From NCBI GenBank assembly GCA_016748015.1, contig JAAOMT010000040.1, positions 744,001-808,000 on the forward strand: a stretch of DNA of 64,000 nt, given 5' to 3'. This DNA comes from Geosiphon pyriformis uo1. Lineage: Eukaryota; Fungi; Glomeromycota. Numbering within the stretch: the stretch's first letter is position 1; the number at the start of each line of letters is the position of its first letter. The position numbers and the translations under genes are program-made. Under the pieces are notes generated by a model, which worked only from the letters and a program-made list of their open reading frames with translations, made no database searches and had not been told where the DNA came from. Below, piece by piece: positions 13,879 through 26,800 of the stretch.

Positions 13879-14786
13879 GTAATTAAAAGAAATAAAAATT
13901 AGAAAGTTTATGCATCATTTGTATTTAAGTGACTAATATTAAGATAGTTTTAGAAGTCATTGGAAATTTTATAGGCAAAGATGGGTTAGTGAAAAACTCT
14001 TAAATATTATATATATTAATCTGTTTTTAAAAGAAAGTAAAAATAAATTTGTTTTTATCGATAAAATAAATCTTGGGCTTATCTTGAATGTAAAGCGTTG
14101 TTGTTTCCATATCTCATTCAAAAACAAGCAATCTTAAGGTCTTATCTAATGAAGATCTTTTTAAAGTTTATATTGAACACATTCATAAGGTCACCAAGGC
14201 TCCTCACTTAGTCAAAACTGACTTTTCCAATTCCACTACTATTCTTGCAAATTCTTAAAACTTCAATTAAGTTTGGAATACTCAAAGAAAATCTTAAAAT
14301 AACGTGCAGACTTGTTTGTTACTTGTATGATCTCGGTTAAACTGAATGTCTATAACATAATAAAAAAAATCCTATACGTGCCTTGCAACTATATTGAGGC
14401 TTCAAACCTTTAAAGCTTTGTCTGATATTGTGTGCTGACATAAGCTAGGCTGACTGAGAAAATTTTGTACTTACTCCTTTGTAATCACAAATTAAGCATC
14501 CCGAACCCTCGGTAAAAGGATTTACGAAATTCGAATAGGGAATGATTAGAGAACAATGGTTTCTTGCATACGGAAAAAGCCTAACTTTTTAAATTCTCAA
14601 TGTAAAATTATACCTCCCGCGTTATATCACAATTTATAGGGGAATTACTCATAAAAGTTGTTTCTCAATTCTTAAATATCTCGATATAGTTTATTTGAAA
14701 AAGTTTTGAATTCTTTAATTATATATAGGTCTAAGAGTAAATAAATAATAAATAATTCATATAAATTAAAATAATAATAATAGGAT

Positions 14787-14911
14787 TCAAAGTAATTCCG
14801 GACATTGTCCCATTAATTGTCCAAAATAAGGGCCATAATGAATGAATTCTACTTCAGTCTTGGTTCTTTTGTTACATTCCTACAAAAAATTTGCTTGAAG
14901 TTAATTACTGT

Positions 14912-14953
<42 letters not shown>

Positions 14954-16369
14954 AACATAATTTTTTGAGATCAGATAAAATTAATTACTATATTTTCAAC
15001 AAAAACATCTCGAAATCGTTCTGTTGGCCCAATTTCTTCACCTCTGCATCTGTAAACCTGAGTGATATTATTAGATTTCCTGCCAAAGCAATCACAATTA
15101 TTTTCATTGGTGATCCAATATTCAGTTTCATAATGCCACCAACCATAACTGGATCGTGGAAAACGAGACACAAAATCATCCTTGTATGTGATTCGAAATA
15201 TTCGGTTCGGTAAAATTTTATTGACATGTCTGGCGAAATGACCGTTTCCGATGCGTGGTTGGCCAAAAGAATAAATTTTAATCTTTGATCGTGGCATGAA
15301 CTTTTTGATCAGAAGTGCTGTGAACAATGCAAAGCCTAAATAAAAAATCAATTTTAAAATCAGGATCTTTTGTCTCTATTACGTCTTTTAAATTTTCATT
15401 TGAAATAAAAATTACCTCCTCCCACCCCATGTCCAACTAATTGAAATTTACGAGAGGGTGTTAAATATTTTTGAATCATTTCATAAATATCGATTTCTGA
15501 TTTCTCAAAATCTTCCAAAATTTTCCTAGCAACTTTGGAATTTTCTATTCCGTTATAGGCAATCCAATTATCATTTTGTGCGTTCCATTCTCTCAGAGAA
15601 AGCTCTTTGCCTCGAAAATAAAAAATAATTGCATCTGATTCATTTGTAATATCGACTTTCCCTATACATGTGTTAATTTTGTGTTTGAAAGGAGAATCGA
15701 TTGGCGAAAAATTATTTTTGAGGAGTTTAGTTTTTTCAAAAAAAAAAACTAGCAAATACCAAAAACTACTTTTCCGTTGTCAGGATAACAATAAGCCTTG
15801 TTTGCATAATAGGCCATTTGGGCAAATTCTGCCAAAAGGTCCTTGTTTAATACAAGTCTTTTATTTGGACCTTTTTCTAAAGGAAAAGAATTTTCTGAAA
15901 GGTCATCATTATCAAAAAAATGATTACGCTTTCTCAGGAAAAGCTTTTTTGATACCGATTGAGCCACTCTCTCACTTTGTTGTTTTCGTGAAATCCTTGA
16001 ATTTTTTTCCGCGGTCTTAAATACTGTTTTGTCTTTTTTCTTCCCTAAAGACAAACGCACCATCTGAGATGTTATGTTTATGTGATCAATTCCTTTCCTC
16101 AATAATGAAAAAGAATTAAAGTCTTTTAAAAATGTCTTTGAGAAATCTTCTTTGTTCACACTTTGCTTTATGTGAGTTTTTTGATAGTCTGAGCCAAGTT
16201 CATATAATTTTCTTAATCGATCTATCATTTTTCCATTAATTATTAGAGTTATTAACCATCCTTCCCCTCCTTCTCTCGCTACAATGAAGAGCAAACCAAT
16301 TGATACCACGAGTAAGAACAACCTTGACCCAATTTTTCTCGATTTCTTCCACGTCACATTATGTACCAT
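14787..16369 (-). CDS. Lipase class 3-like protein 3 (4 exons, N-terminal TM anchor; Ser>Gly)
   Basis: MAYYANKAYC, IFYFRGK, LVGHGVGG/GFA, YSFGQPRIGN, KDDFVSRFP, WWHYETEYWI and a last exon ECNK...HYGPYFG ending at TGA 14787-14789. Confidence 0.88.
14913..14950. repeat. (AAT)n microsatellite in the last intron of lipase-like gene 3
   Basis: About 12 tandem AAT units. Confidence 0.9.
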
Positions 16370-17299
16370 TTTGTCGTCGGGCAGAAATCATGTTCTGGTT
16401 TTAACAGTGAAAAAGTACTCTCTTCAAGGATCTCTATATTTGTATATATTTTCTTTTTGAAAGATATACTGTACATCGTGGGATTTCAATGAGTATTGAT
16501 AAGATCAGTTTATTTTGACTATATTTAGTATGTTTTTATGAAATATTTTGAAAATCATGTAAAGCCTTCACATGTTTGCAATATTTTACTAATTTATTTT
16601 TTGAGATTTTAGTCCTTACAAATTAAAAACTAGCCGAAATTTTTTTTAGGAAATTAGAATTAAAAAGGATATATTTATTGTATGAACAACACACATTTTA
16701 ATTTTTGTTGCCAATTATCAGTTCAAGTTATCTATTTCAAGTTTGATTGTTAAAATTTTTTTAATTCATCATAATCAGTAATATCCTTTCAGTTAATCAC
16801 TCTTGTAATTAATCACCTTTCTGGTTTATAACTCTTTTAATTAATCAACATTATCTTCCAATTAATTGTCCTTACATTTTATTATCCTTCTAGTTAACCA
16901 TTGATTATTTTTAAATTAATCAATTTCATTCTTTAATTATTTATTTTTCAATTAATCACTTTTTTAGTTCCTTATTTTAGACATTATCTCTTATATTGCA
17001 TCATAATTTATTATACAATTCTTTTAAAATTAGCAAAGATTTTAACCTGATCAAAACTAATTATTGTATATTCAACATATGTAAAGTTTATTTAGAAATA
17101 CAATATATCTATTTATTTCAATAAACTGCTCAATAGTACATAATATATTTATATAAACACAAGTAAAATCAAAAAGATATACATAATATTTTATGTTGAA
17201 ATAGAGTAATAAATCACTTTAGATGATATAGTCTTTATTAAAATTTTGGTGGCAAGCAGTTCCATTTTTTTTTACAAACGTTTATAATATGTTTGAAAC

Positions 17300-17800
17300 A
17301 TAATAACCAAAAATAGCAATTATATAAAGACCAAAATTATTTATATTTGAATTAGTTTAAAAGACTTTTTAATAATCAAATTTTTTATTTACAACAATAT
17401 TTTTCAAAACATGAAATTATTAACTTAAGATTTAATTGGAAATACAGAGACTTTATAGTTTTCTGAAGGCATATAAAAAAACTAATTATGTTATTTTAGG
17501 TAGGAATTTGTAAAATATCCATATTTTCGCATTTAATAAATGGTTAAATGTGGACAACCTGCATTTAGTGAAAAGACGTTTGAGCATTCATGATCTTGAA
17601 TAGTTATTGACACAGAAGAATATACAAATAAAATTCGTGGATTCTACAGCGATATTCACCATAATCTGAGTGAATAAAAATGTTTTGCTGCTCCCAATGC
17701 AAAACAGAGCTTGATAGAATATCAATTTTGCTGTCTTACTAAAAACAAGTCAGATTAGACTAAAATGACTTACAGAACTTGTATATCACCTGATTTAGGA
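17300..17800 (+). mobile_element. Possible degenerate pogo/Fot1-like DNA transposase fragment
   Basis: With a frameshift, ~17695-17745 reads roughly NAKQS.DRISILL, resembling the K.SKDR.T.LL motif of DDE_1 transposases. Heavily broken. Confidence 0.25.
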
Positions 17801-19032
17801 TTTAATTAATATAAAGTTTTATTAGGAATAATAAGTTCTAATTTACCTTATACAACCAAAGTGCTTTTTTGAAATCTCGTTTTATATCCCAAATTACTTT
17901 CCAATACCCCAAAAGATAATATCATCTGAACTTTATGCCATAAAAAACCTAGCACGCCGCCAATCCTTTTTGCTCCCAGTCAAGGCATCGTAATTATTAC
18001 CTTAAGTAGTACTTTGAAAAGATAACATAATTTTATGTTCAAAAAAGGGGCCTAAACATGAAAGACCCAATTTTTTGATCCTTTTAGAAATTGTATAAAA
18101 ACTTGAATAATGTTTTAAATATTTTTAAAAATATCCTAGAATCCAAGATACTAATTCATCGGCTTTTGACATGTGAGCTAATCTATGGAAAGAAAATTTT
18201 GAAATCTTGTTTCAGTCTTGAGGGCATATCGAAAGGCTAAAAGGTTCAATGAAAAACTGATTTTGCAAATATGACCCAAATTCTATGTCAAAATTAAAAA
18301 TCTGGAAATAAAAAAATATTATTAATAGTAAACAAATATAAGAAATTAAAAAAATTAATATTGGTTTATAGATTTTAAATTCAATTTAAGTATGCACACT
18401 TTATAATTTTAATTACTTATTAATAAAAAAAATTATGTAAAAAGTTATACATGTAAATAAATTACTTTTTTAGTTATCAATATATATTCAAAATTTAAAT
18501 CAGTTCTAAATTTAGATTAAATTAAATGATTGATCCTATGTTATTTACAATAATAAGAAAATTTTATTCTTAATTTGTATTATATTGCTGGTATAAAATT
18601 GTGTATATTGCATGTATATAAATTTTAGATAGTTTTTTATTAAATTGAGTAATCAGCGGTAAATTTAATTTTTTTTTAGAATGGTATATAAAATATTTAT
18701 ATTACAATCATATGATATTGATATTTTTAATAGGCCCTAATCAAAAATAAAGATTTCCTTTTAATTTATAACAAATTTTACAAGTATAACATATTAATTC
18801 ATTGATTTTAATTTTTGTATTTGAATAAAAAATTATACATTTAAAGGTTAGCGTTATCTGTGCTCAAAGTAGAATATCATAAATTATAATAAGATCGATC
18901 TCCAAATTTGATTATCTCTGTACCGATAAATTTTCCGGGTTAGTTTACATAAACAAACTGTGTTAAACGCGTCTTCGTCATATTAAACCCGTCTTCGTTA
19001 TCTAGGTAAGAACTATACCAGTAAAGCACAAC

Positions 19033-19230
19033 CCTACTGGCGTATTGGCCATTTGCTCCTGCGTCAGATGGTTGGAAGCAACATCTGAATCCCCTTTGGT
19101 GCGTACGTGCGTGCTCAAAGGCTGATTTCGCCATGTTTTCCTACTGGCGTATTGGCCATTTGCTCCTGCGTCAGATGGTTGGAAGCAATCTGCTGAACAC
19201 CCTTTGGTGCATGCATGTCCAAAGGCTGTT
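19033..19230 (+). repeat. Tandem 107-bp GC-rich structured unit (2 copies) inside a predicted 5'-UTR intron; mirrored at ~20762-20953
   Basis: cctactggcgtattggccatttgctcctgcgtcagatggttggaagcaa starts at both 19033 and 19140. Confidence 0.92.
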
Positions 19231-19302
19231 TCTCTTCATTAAGTTGGTCTTGTCTATTATTATACACACAGGAACTTAACGACTGACTTATCTCTTTTCA
19301 GA

Positions 19303-20569
19303 ATGTATGCTTCTATTATTGAAGAATATCTCAATACTACCAAATACACTCTTTGGTCAATTCTATCTATTTTACAATACATAGAATCCAACCATGGTTT
19401 ATCCATTGATAATGTGAGCATCCTCGAAGATGAGATCTATGCTAGACTTCATCACCACCAGCAGCGACCAAATATGCAACAAAGGGCCATTAATAAATTA
19501 AAAACCCTATTAAATGATCAGCATCAGTGGTTTAATACAATAGAAGTTGAAAGTTTTATGGATGAACTTCAAAAGAAAGAAGAAAAAGAAAGTGATGATG
19601 AAAATGCAAGTGATATCGCTTCAGAAAGTGATATCATTCACTCTGACGTGGAAGAAAAAATGCACGAGCTGGTAAGTTAAATAGGTTTTTATGTTGTTAC
19701 TCTTTATTTGTGTAGAAAATCATTTAAATAACTAACGTCTTTACTGTTTTTTAAAATAGAATTATCCAGAAGAACTTGAAGAATCTACAAATAAGAGAGA
19801 GGATGAGTCAGATGAAAAATGGATTCTTTCAACAGGAAAAGATGTTTATGAAGTTTTAAACGAGTTTAAATCAAAAATTCCACCGACAAATGCTTATCTC
19901 TAGTAATTATTAAATGATTATTCTGTTTCATAAAGGATATAATTGCTAATATTCTAATTTTTATTTATCAGTCCAGCATACTTTGGGATTCTTGATTTGT
20001 CTGGAGAAGAACCAGAAGTCATGGAATTGTTTACTGCTGAAGAATGGGCTGAAATGAAGACAGACTTTGACAAAACAGTAGTCCTCAAAGAAATGGACAC
20101 AACGGAAGAAGCATTACTCTATGATTTGTTTGATAAAATTGAGCAGGTAAATATGTTTCTTTTGGATTTTTTTTGCGAAATCGTGGTTAATATTAATTCT
20201 ATCTAGGTATTGGAAAAAAAAAATCAAAGGACATCGTCACGGATATCGAGGAGTGTATTATTAAGGTTTTAATTTTGAAAATTGATTCATTTGGATTTAT
20301 TTATTTTCAAATCGAAATTTATCTATTTAATTTCGAAATTTATTTATTTCATTTCGAACTTCTTTTAATTTCAAAACTATTTTAATTTTAGGGACATCTG
20401 AAGATAAATGTAATCCGACGAGTGATTCAAACATAGTACGTATCTTTATTTAATTTTTTTTTTGCATTACGATTTAATATAAGCGTTCACACAAAATGCT
20501 ATGTAGTGTCTACAATTTGGATCGATTAAAGCCACCTATGTCAGAAAGTTCTTTCTCAATAACTTTACC
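19303..20569 (+). pseudogene. 3'-truncated multi-exon gene of an uncharacterised Glomeromycotina-type family
   Basis: Exons splice to MYASIIEEY...MHEL/NYPEE...KWILSTGKDVYEVL...Y/PAYFGILDLSG...FTAEEW.../...MSESSFLNNFT. The frame then runs into the antisense of a paralog with no native stop. Confidence 0.75.
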
Positions 20570-20691
20570 AGGATGCTCACATTATCAATAGATAAACCAT
20601 GCTTGGATTCTATGTATTGTAAAATAGATAGAATTGACCATCGATTGTATTTGGTAGTATTGAGATATTCTTCAATAATAGAATCATACAT
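20570..20691 (-). pseudogene. 5' fragment (~40 codons) of a second, convergent copy of the same gene
   Basis: MYDSIIEEYLNTTKYNRWSILSILQYIESKHGLSIDNVSIL, preceded by the same 5' intron and leader. Homology stops at 20570. Confidence 0.85.
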
Positions 20692-23600
20692 TCTGAAAAG
20701 AAATAAGTCATTCATTAAGTTGCTGTGTGTATAATAATAGACAAGACCAACTTGATTGAGAATCAGCCTTTGGACATGCATGTACCAAAGGGATTCAGCA
20801 GATTGCTTCCAACCATCTGACGCAGGAGCAAATGGCCAGTACGCCAGTAGGAAAACATGGCAAAATCAGCCTTTGGGCACGCACGTATGCACCAAAAGGG
20901 ATCCAGATTTTGCTTCCAACCACCTGACGCAGGAGCAAAGGCCAATACGCCAATATGAAAAAATACCTAGATAATGAAGATGGGTTTAACAGTCAGTTGA
21001 AAATCATTTTTTTTTGATTGATTAAGCTTTTTATATAGCATACCGTCAGAAATTCGATATCTTTGGGCTAACTAATAAATAAAGTCCAACGTGAAAAACT
21101 CTAAATAAAACACCGATACCACCTATTAACACTTTAATATTTAATGAGCATCATTTATTCATTTTACAATGTTGATGTTAAATAATTTTGAAATTTTCCC
21201 GTTTGTGTCCATATAGCCTAAACACCACAATCCGTTGTAGCTGAACATAACTAATTAAATCATTCAATTTTACATCGAATTGATTAGCATCCCATTTACA
21301 AATGCCATATACTTCACATTCAGTGAGAAAAGAACAAGGATAAGGCAAAACAATTTCTTGGTTTTGATTTTCGAGGATAACCTTTTGAAGGCGAAATAGG
21401 GATTGTAAGACTGGTTGCAAAGGATTAACTGTGCTTTGGAGGCTGCTATTCTTTTTCAGCTGCAGTTTGAGGCTTTTTATGGAGTTTGGAATCTCTGTTA
21501 TTAACAGTGTTTGAATTCATTGATTTCATTTTTACTGAATCAAAAGAAAGTGTAGAACAATTTTATATTTTGCAAATTTCAGTGAGAAGTTGTATACGGT
21601 AAATATCCTTTTGAAAGAAGCTTATTTATTACTTTTATGTTATAACCGATCGATTTTCGATCAGCGCCACTGTGGCTTCTTCAATGGCCACATTGGATGA
21701 TCGGTCTCTGTTATAATTTTCCAAAAACTATTGAGGAAAATATTTACAAAATTTAGAAACCAAATAAATTTTATCGATTAACAAACTCTGATTATAAATA
21801 TTACCCATATTTAAGTCTCTATAATTAATTTATTTGATATTTAGTAATTATATAATTTCTAAATATTTTATTTATACATGGATCAAATTGCTTTTGAAAA
21901 AAGATTTTTTTTTCTATTTTTTAAGAGACTTGATCAGTTTTTATAAATCTATGGTATATATAAAAGAGTTTTAAGTCTTGATTTTCTTGGTAATAATATC
22001 TTTAAATATAATATGTCATATTTGAACAAACTAAAATCTTTTAAATTATATTGATATTAATATTCATAATTTTTTTATAACTTTTTTGTTGAAAAACTTC
22101 TTTTTCTATTTTTTAAAAAAACTACAAAAAACAATAGTTGCAGAAAGTCTTGAGCCAAATCATACTTATTTTCATCAAATGATGGGTGATCGTAAAAGTA
22201 AAATTAAATAAATTAAGCAATTATATTTCGGACAGTGAATAAAGAGAGTTTGATAGTGAGATAATTAATTTTCCCGATCCATTTTTATGCCTATACTGGT
22301 TATTCTATAAATAAGTAATGAGTATAATTTAGGTCGTCAGATAAATAAAAAATTCAACTCCGTTGAAGTAATATTCACCATCTGAATGTTTGGATAATTA
22401 TGAGAAGAATTTTTATGAAGTTTATTATTTGAACAACTCGAATTAGAAAGTGATCTAGTAGATTTTTTTAAAATTGCAATTGTTTCTTGTGTAAATATTA
22501 AATTTCTTGAAAATTTTTTTTTTTTTATATAGTTTTGCAGCAACTATGAGACACGTCAATTCAAGCTTCTCATTTCATTATGATCCTTATTTTGGTAAAA
22601 TCATAGGATATTGTTGTCCAGAATCATATCTCTGCTTTTCATTCATTTGTAAATTGCTTAACTCAATTACATAGAGTAAAGTTAGAAAAATTTTTAGTAT
22701 ATTGTATGATTAAGCAGTTAATTTCGCAAAGATGTTTCCAAATACCATAAATAAATTTGAAAATATTTATAATTCCAGTGTTCAATTAGCCAGTTAATCA
22801 AGCATTTAAATTTTGTTTAAGATGAACAAACTCTTTTAAAATAATTTTGCTTCTTCCTAATTTAACGATTATTTTTTATCCACTAGCTTTTTAATCACAA
22901 AAAGAAAGTAGAGATCAAATTAAAATTGTAAGAATAATTTAATATTTTTGTTAAAGTTCTTAAATTTACAGGAAATTGCACAAAAATTATTATGAAATAA
23001 TAAAATAAAATAAAACTTGAAACAGAATAATTTTGAAAAATTTAAATATAATTGTAGATCCAAAATTGAATATTCGCAAGCCTTTACAAAAAATTAGAAA
23101 TTGTCTTGATACACTTTATGCTTTAAATCCCAGATTTTGAAATTTGAAAAAAATTTCATTTCCAACTTAATGAAAAAGAAATTAAGAAGTATAGAAATTT
23201 CATTTGTGGTCTTAAACATAAGCTAAATAATCTTTAATGCATTGATCCCATAGAGGCTGATTTTTTTAATTATGACCATAGTTGCAACTAGAACTTCAAT
23301 TCTTTTTGAAATAATGGTAATAACTTGACATACTAATATTGTATTTTTTTTCCAATGGTAAAATATTTTGTAATTTAAATACACTAAATTTTCTTTTTAA
23401 TGTTTCAAATCATACTGAGAATATTGAGCGAAGTTTAGCTATTAAAATGTCACTCAAAGCTTTATTTAATATCAAGAACCAATTAAAAAGTTCAATTTCC
23501 CTTATCACTTTTCTTTTGGGACTAAACTATATCTTGTTGAAAAAGCGCTGGAGGCTCCTAAAGAAGTTGAAATAAGAAAAAAGCAAAATTCTAATGTTCT

Positions 23601-23843
23601 TTCAATTCGCACCGATCATATAATTAATTGGACAATCGCTGTTATACAAGAAAAAATATTTTACCCATCCCAAATTTTAAAAGCCAGATAATTTTTTTCC
23701 CAAACCAGATATTTCACAGCCTGTTAATTTATCTAGTCTCAATAAGAGTTTTGACACTAAAAGAAAATTTATATCAAAAAGAATTTCCCAAGAGAGAAAA
23801 ACTCTCATAGGTCAATCCCAGTACGATATTCTGAAATTTTATA

Positions 23844-26800
23844 TGGTGCAAACCATTTATAGTCATCAAACAATTTATATAATTTTAAATTGTATCTAGT
23901 CTTCCAATTTTAATAATATTAAAAAACTAAACTGTAAATATGATAGATTAAGTTCTTCTCTTTCACATTTACAGTTTAATTTTTTGAATTATATTATATT
24001 TTATAAAGTTATTAAAGTTTAAAATTAGCCACTTCTATTATTAATCTTTAATTTTCGGATGCCGATCAATCAGATTTTAGCCAATAAGCAATCATTAAAG
24101 TCACGTTACCACGTAATAAATCATCAAAGTATTATCATTTTCAGAAAGGTTTTCAATAAATATTATTCTAATCATTAGATGATCACTTTTTTATAAAAAT
24201 ATAATATCTCTCGGCCTGCATGTCTTCTGCTGGTGACATGGCACCATTAATCATAAATATTCCATTTACACCACTATTATATTCGGTTATCATTATCAAG
24301 ACAAAAACCCAAATATCAATATTGTTTATATCAGGTGCCAAAACAATCATAAAAGTACTATAAATAATTGTCAAAGAATTTGGGAATGTCATTTGCACTT
24401 TATTTGTAATCTTGTGTTTTTCTTGATAAACATTGGAAACAACCAGCTATGGTGCTGGAAGCAGCAGATTTGAAGCAAGAATTAGAATAATTGTAATATA
24501 ATTGGCTGTTAACTTAAGAGTAATACTGTGAACAAAATATTTACTATTAAGAAACATTGTAAAAGATCAATTACTCATCTTAACTATTATATCTTGAAAC
24601 AAGAGTGCAGCTCAAAATTTATGAAAAAAATTAATACAATTAATTTTTTAATAAATAAACTCTGCAGTAAATTATAGATGACTTAACATTATATATTATA
24701 ATGTTTAAAGCATGCATCTTAGAGTGAGCAATACTATTTGATGACTTGGTAGATGTCTCTAATTTCTTTTTATTCATGGTTAAAAAAGTCTGCCAAATGC
24801 TTTTGTAAACACTATAATTGTTGACTTTCATGTAATTCTTAGGTTTTTTTGTATAGTAAGTTCAATATCTGTCTTGTTATCTAATATTTAATCAATAATT
24901 TGCATTCTATCAAAGTTGGTTTCTTTTTCTATGTATTTGTTTTCATTATGTAAATACATTAGTTCAGACAGATATGAAGTTTTTTCTGAAAATCTTAAAA
25001 CAAAGCTTTCAAAATAAATTAAGGAAACTGAATAGAATAATGTTGTAGTTGAAAACAATTGATCATATAACTTGACTATTAAATTAGACAAAATATATGG
25101 CTGGCTAATATTTGTATCATCCGAAACTTTGATTTTCAACTTTATTTTTCTAAATGTTTATTTTATATATGCTAATTTTCAAAGACATTTGTTAGTTTTT
25201 GTTGTTGTATAGTGGCATATAATAATAGAAATATAAATAGAAAAAAAATTTGTTTATTTTGAGTTTTTAATGTATTATCAATTGATTTTTGATTAAGAAT
25301 ATACTGCATAAAAGAAATCAAAACAGATTCTGTTAAAAAACTTTCTATAATTTATGGTGTTAAATAGTATATTATGTGTACTAATATAACTTCAGATACA
25401 AAGAGAAGTATTTTTCTAATTGTTAATAGTAGTAAAAAATTTCAATACCACTACATATGAAGATTTATATACATGAATATTATTGTTATTAAATTCTTCA
25501 AGATATCCTATAAATAGATTCTATGGAATTAAACTTACAGTAATTACATAATAATTTTAAAACAAATGTTATATCTTAAACATAATATAACATTTTTCTA
25601 CAATATCTTGCATCATATATTTTTCAATAACTGATGTTTTGAACACTTTTTTTTTGTAAAATTTTAGGAATAGATTGTGTTTTATCTGGTAAAAGAAATA
25701 ATTAAAAGCTTAAAAATGTAAAACATAAGAGTAGCATTTATGATTAAAAATTAATTTAATTAGATCTGAAAAAAAAAGAATCTGCAAACCATTTTTGCAA
25801 TCTATAAAAGATAAAAAACAGTAAGCAACTTTGAAAATTTTGACCAGCATCATTTTTATTATAATGTAAATACTTATTTTGAATTTACAAATAACTTTTC
25901 AATGATTATAATATTGTATTTCAAAGAATTACTTGGATCTAAAAGATATATGAAATTCTCTGTAATAAAAGTTTCTGGTTAAATTTAATATTTGAATGAT
26001 GAATTATACCAAAAAAAATATAATAACTAAAATACTTATTATATATTCGACCAAATTATGATCTAATTTTAGAATTGGTTTCTAAGCTGTAAAAAAAATT
26101 TCAATTGTTGAATATTTTAACAACTTATTAAAATATTATATATAATAGCTTATAATAGTATTCAAGAAACTTATATTAGTTAGTGTTAATTTAGGGGAAT
26201 TAGGTTGGAATTGAATAATCTTTGGCTTTACCTTGATTAAAAAAACTGAAATTGTCTTAAAGCTTATAACTTTGAATAACTCTTTTTTATTAATGTTATA
26301 TATTTTCTAATAAGTTTGTTTTAATGCAAAAAATGTATGAAATGTATTAGTTTAAATAGATAAAACCCAGATTTTTTTGTAAAGGTCTAATAAACTTCTC
26401 ACTTGTAAGAATTTGGCATCTTTGAAAATACATAAATTATCATTAAAATACATGGCATTTTTAAAATCAATTGTAAATTCTGATTAAATTCATAAATAAA
26501 TAATATTCTTTTCGAATTTTTTATTAATATAATATAGAAAACATATGTCAAGTGTTAAGTGACTGATAAGAAAGAAATGCATAGTACCAATTTCGATCAT
26601 GTTTAAGGATTTTGGTTCTTTGATTACATTATAATATTTTGGATATTTTTCTTTGGATAATAAATTCATAAATAATTTGGCATATTATCAACTACTGAAT
26701 ATGAAAATAAGAGATCACAACTAGACTGTAATACTAAAAATTGAAATCTATCTCAAATATTCTTATTTACTATCTTTTTGATCAATATTATTTGCAATAA

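Larger units (their letters stand above)
18983..20989. repeat. Long inverted repeat (arms ~18983-19424 and 20570-20989, ~90% identical by eye, ~1.15 kb spacer)
   Basis: The right arm is the reverse complement of the left. Example: tctattattatacacacag vs ctgtgtgtataataataga. The coding starts read MYASIIEEYLNTTKY and MYDSIIEEYLNTTKY. Confidence 0.95.

Noticed and set aside
19033-19230. Repeats as a CRISPR-like array
   Set aside because: Only two full-length units per arm, no unique spacers, no cas genes, and a eukaryotic context.
20817-20856. CTGACGC...GAAA as a possible hammerhead ribozyme core
   Set aside because: The core requires CUGANGA, and the required stems could not be built.
21178-21420. 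80-aa minus-strand ORF
   Set aside because: No in-frame ATG or recognisable motif. It may be a gene fragment but cannot be supported.
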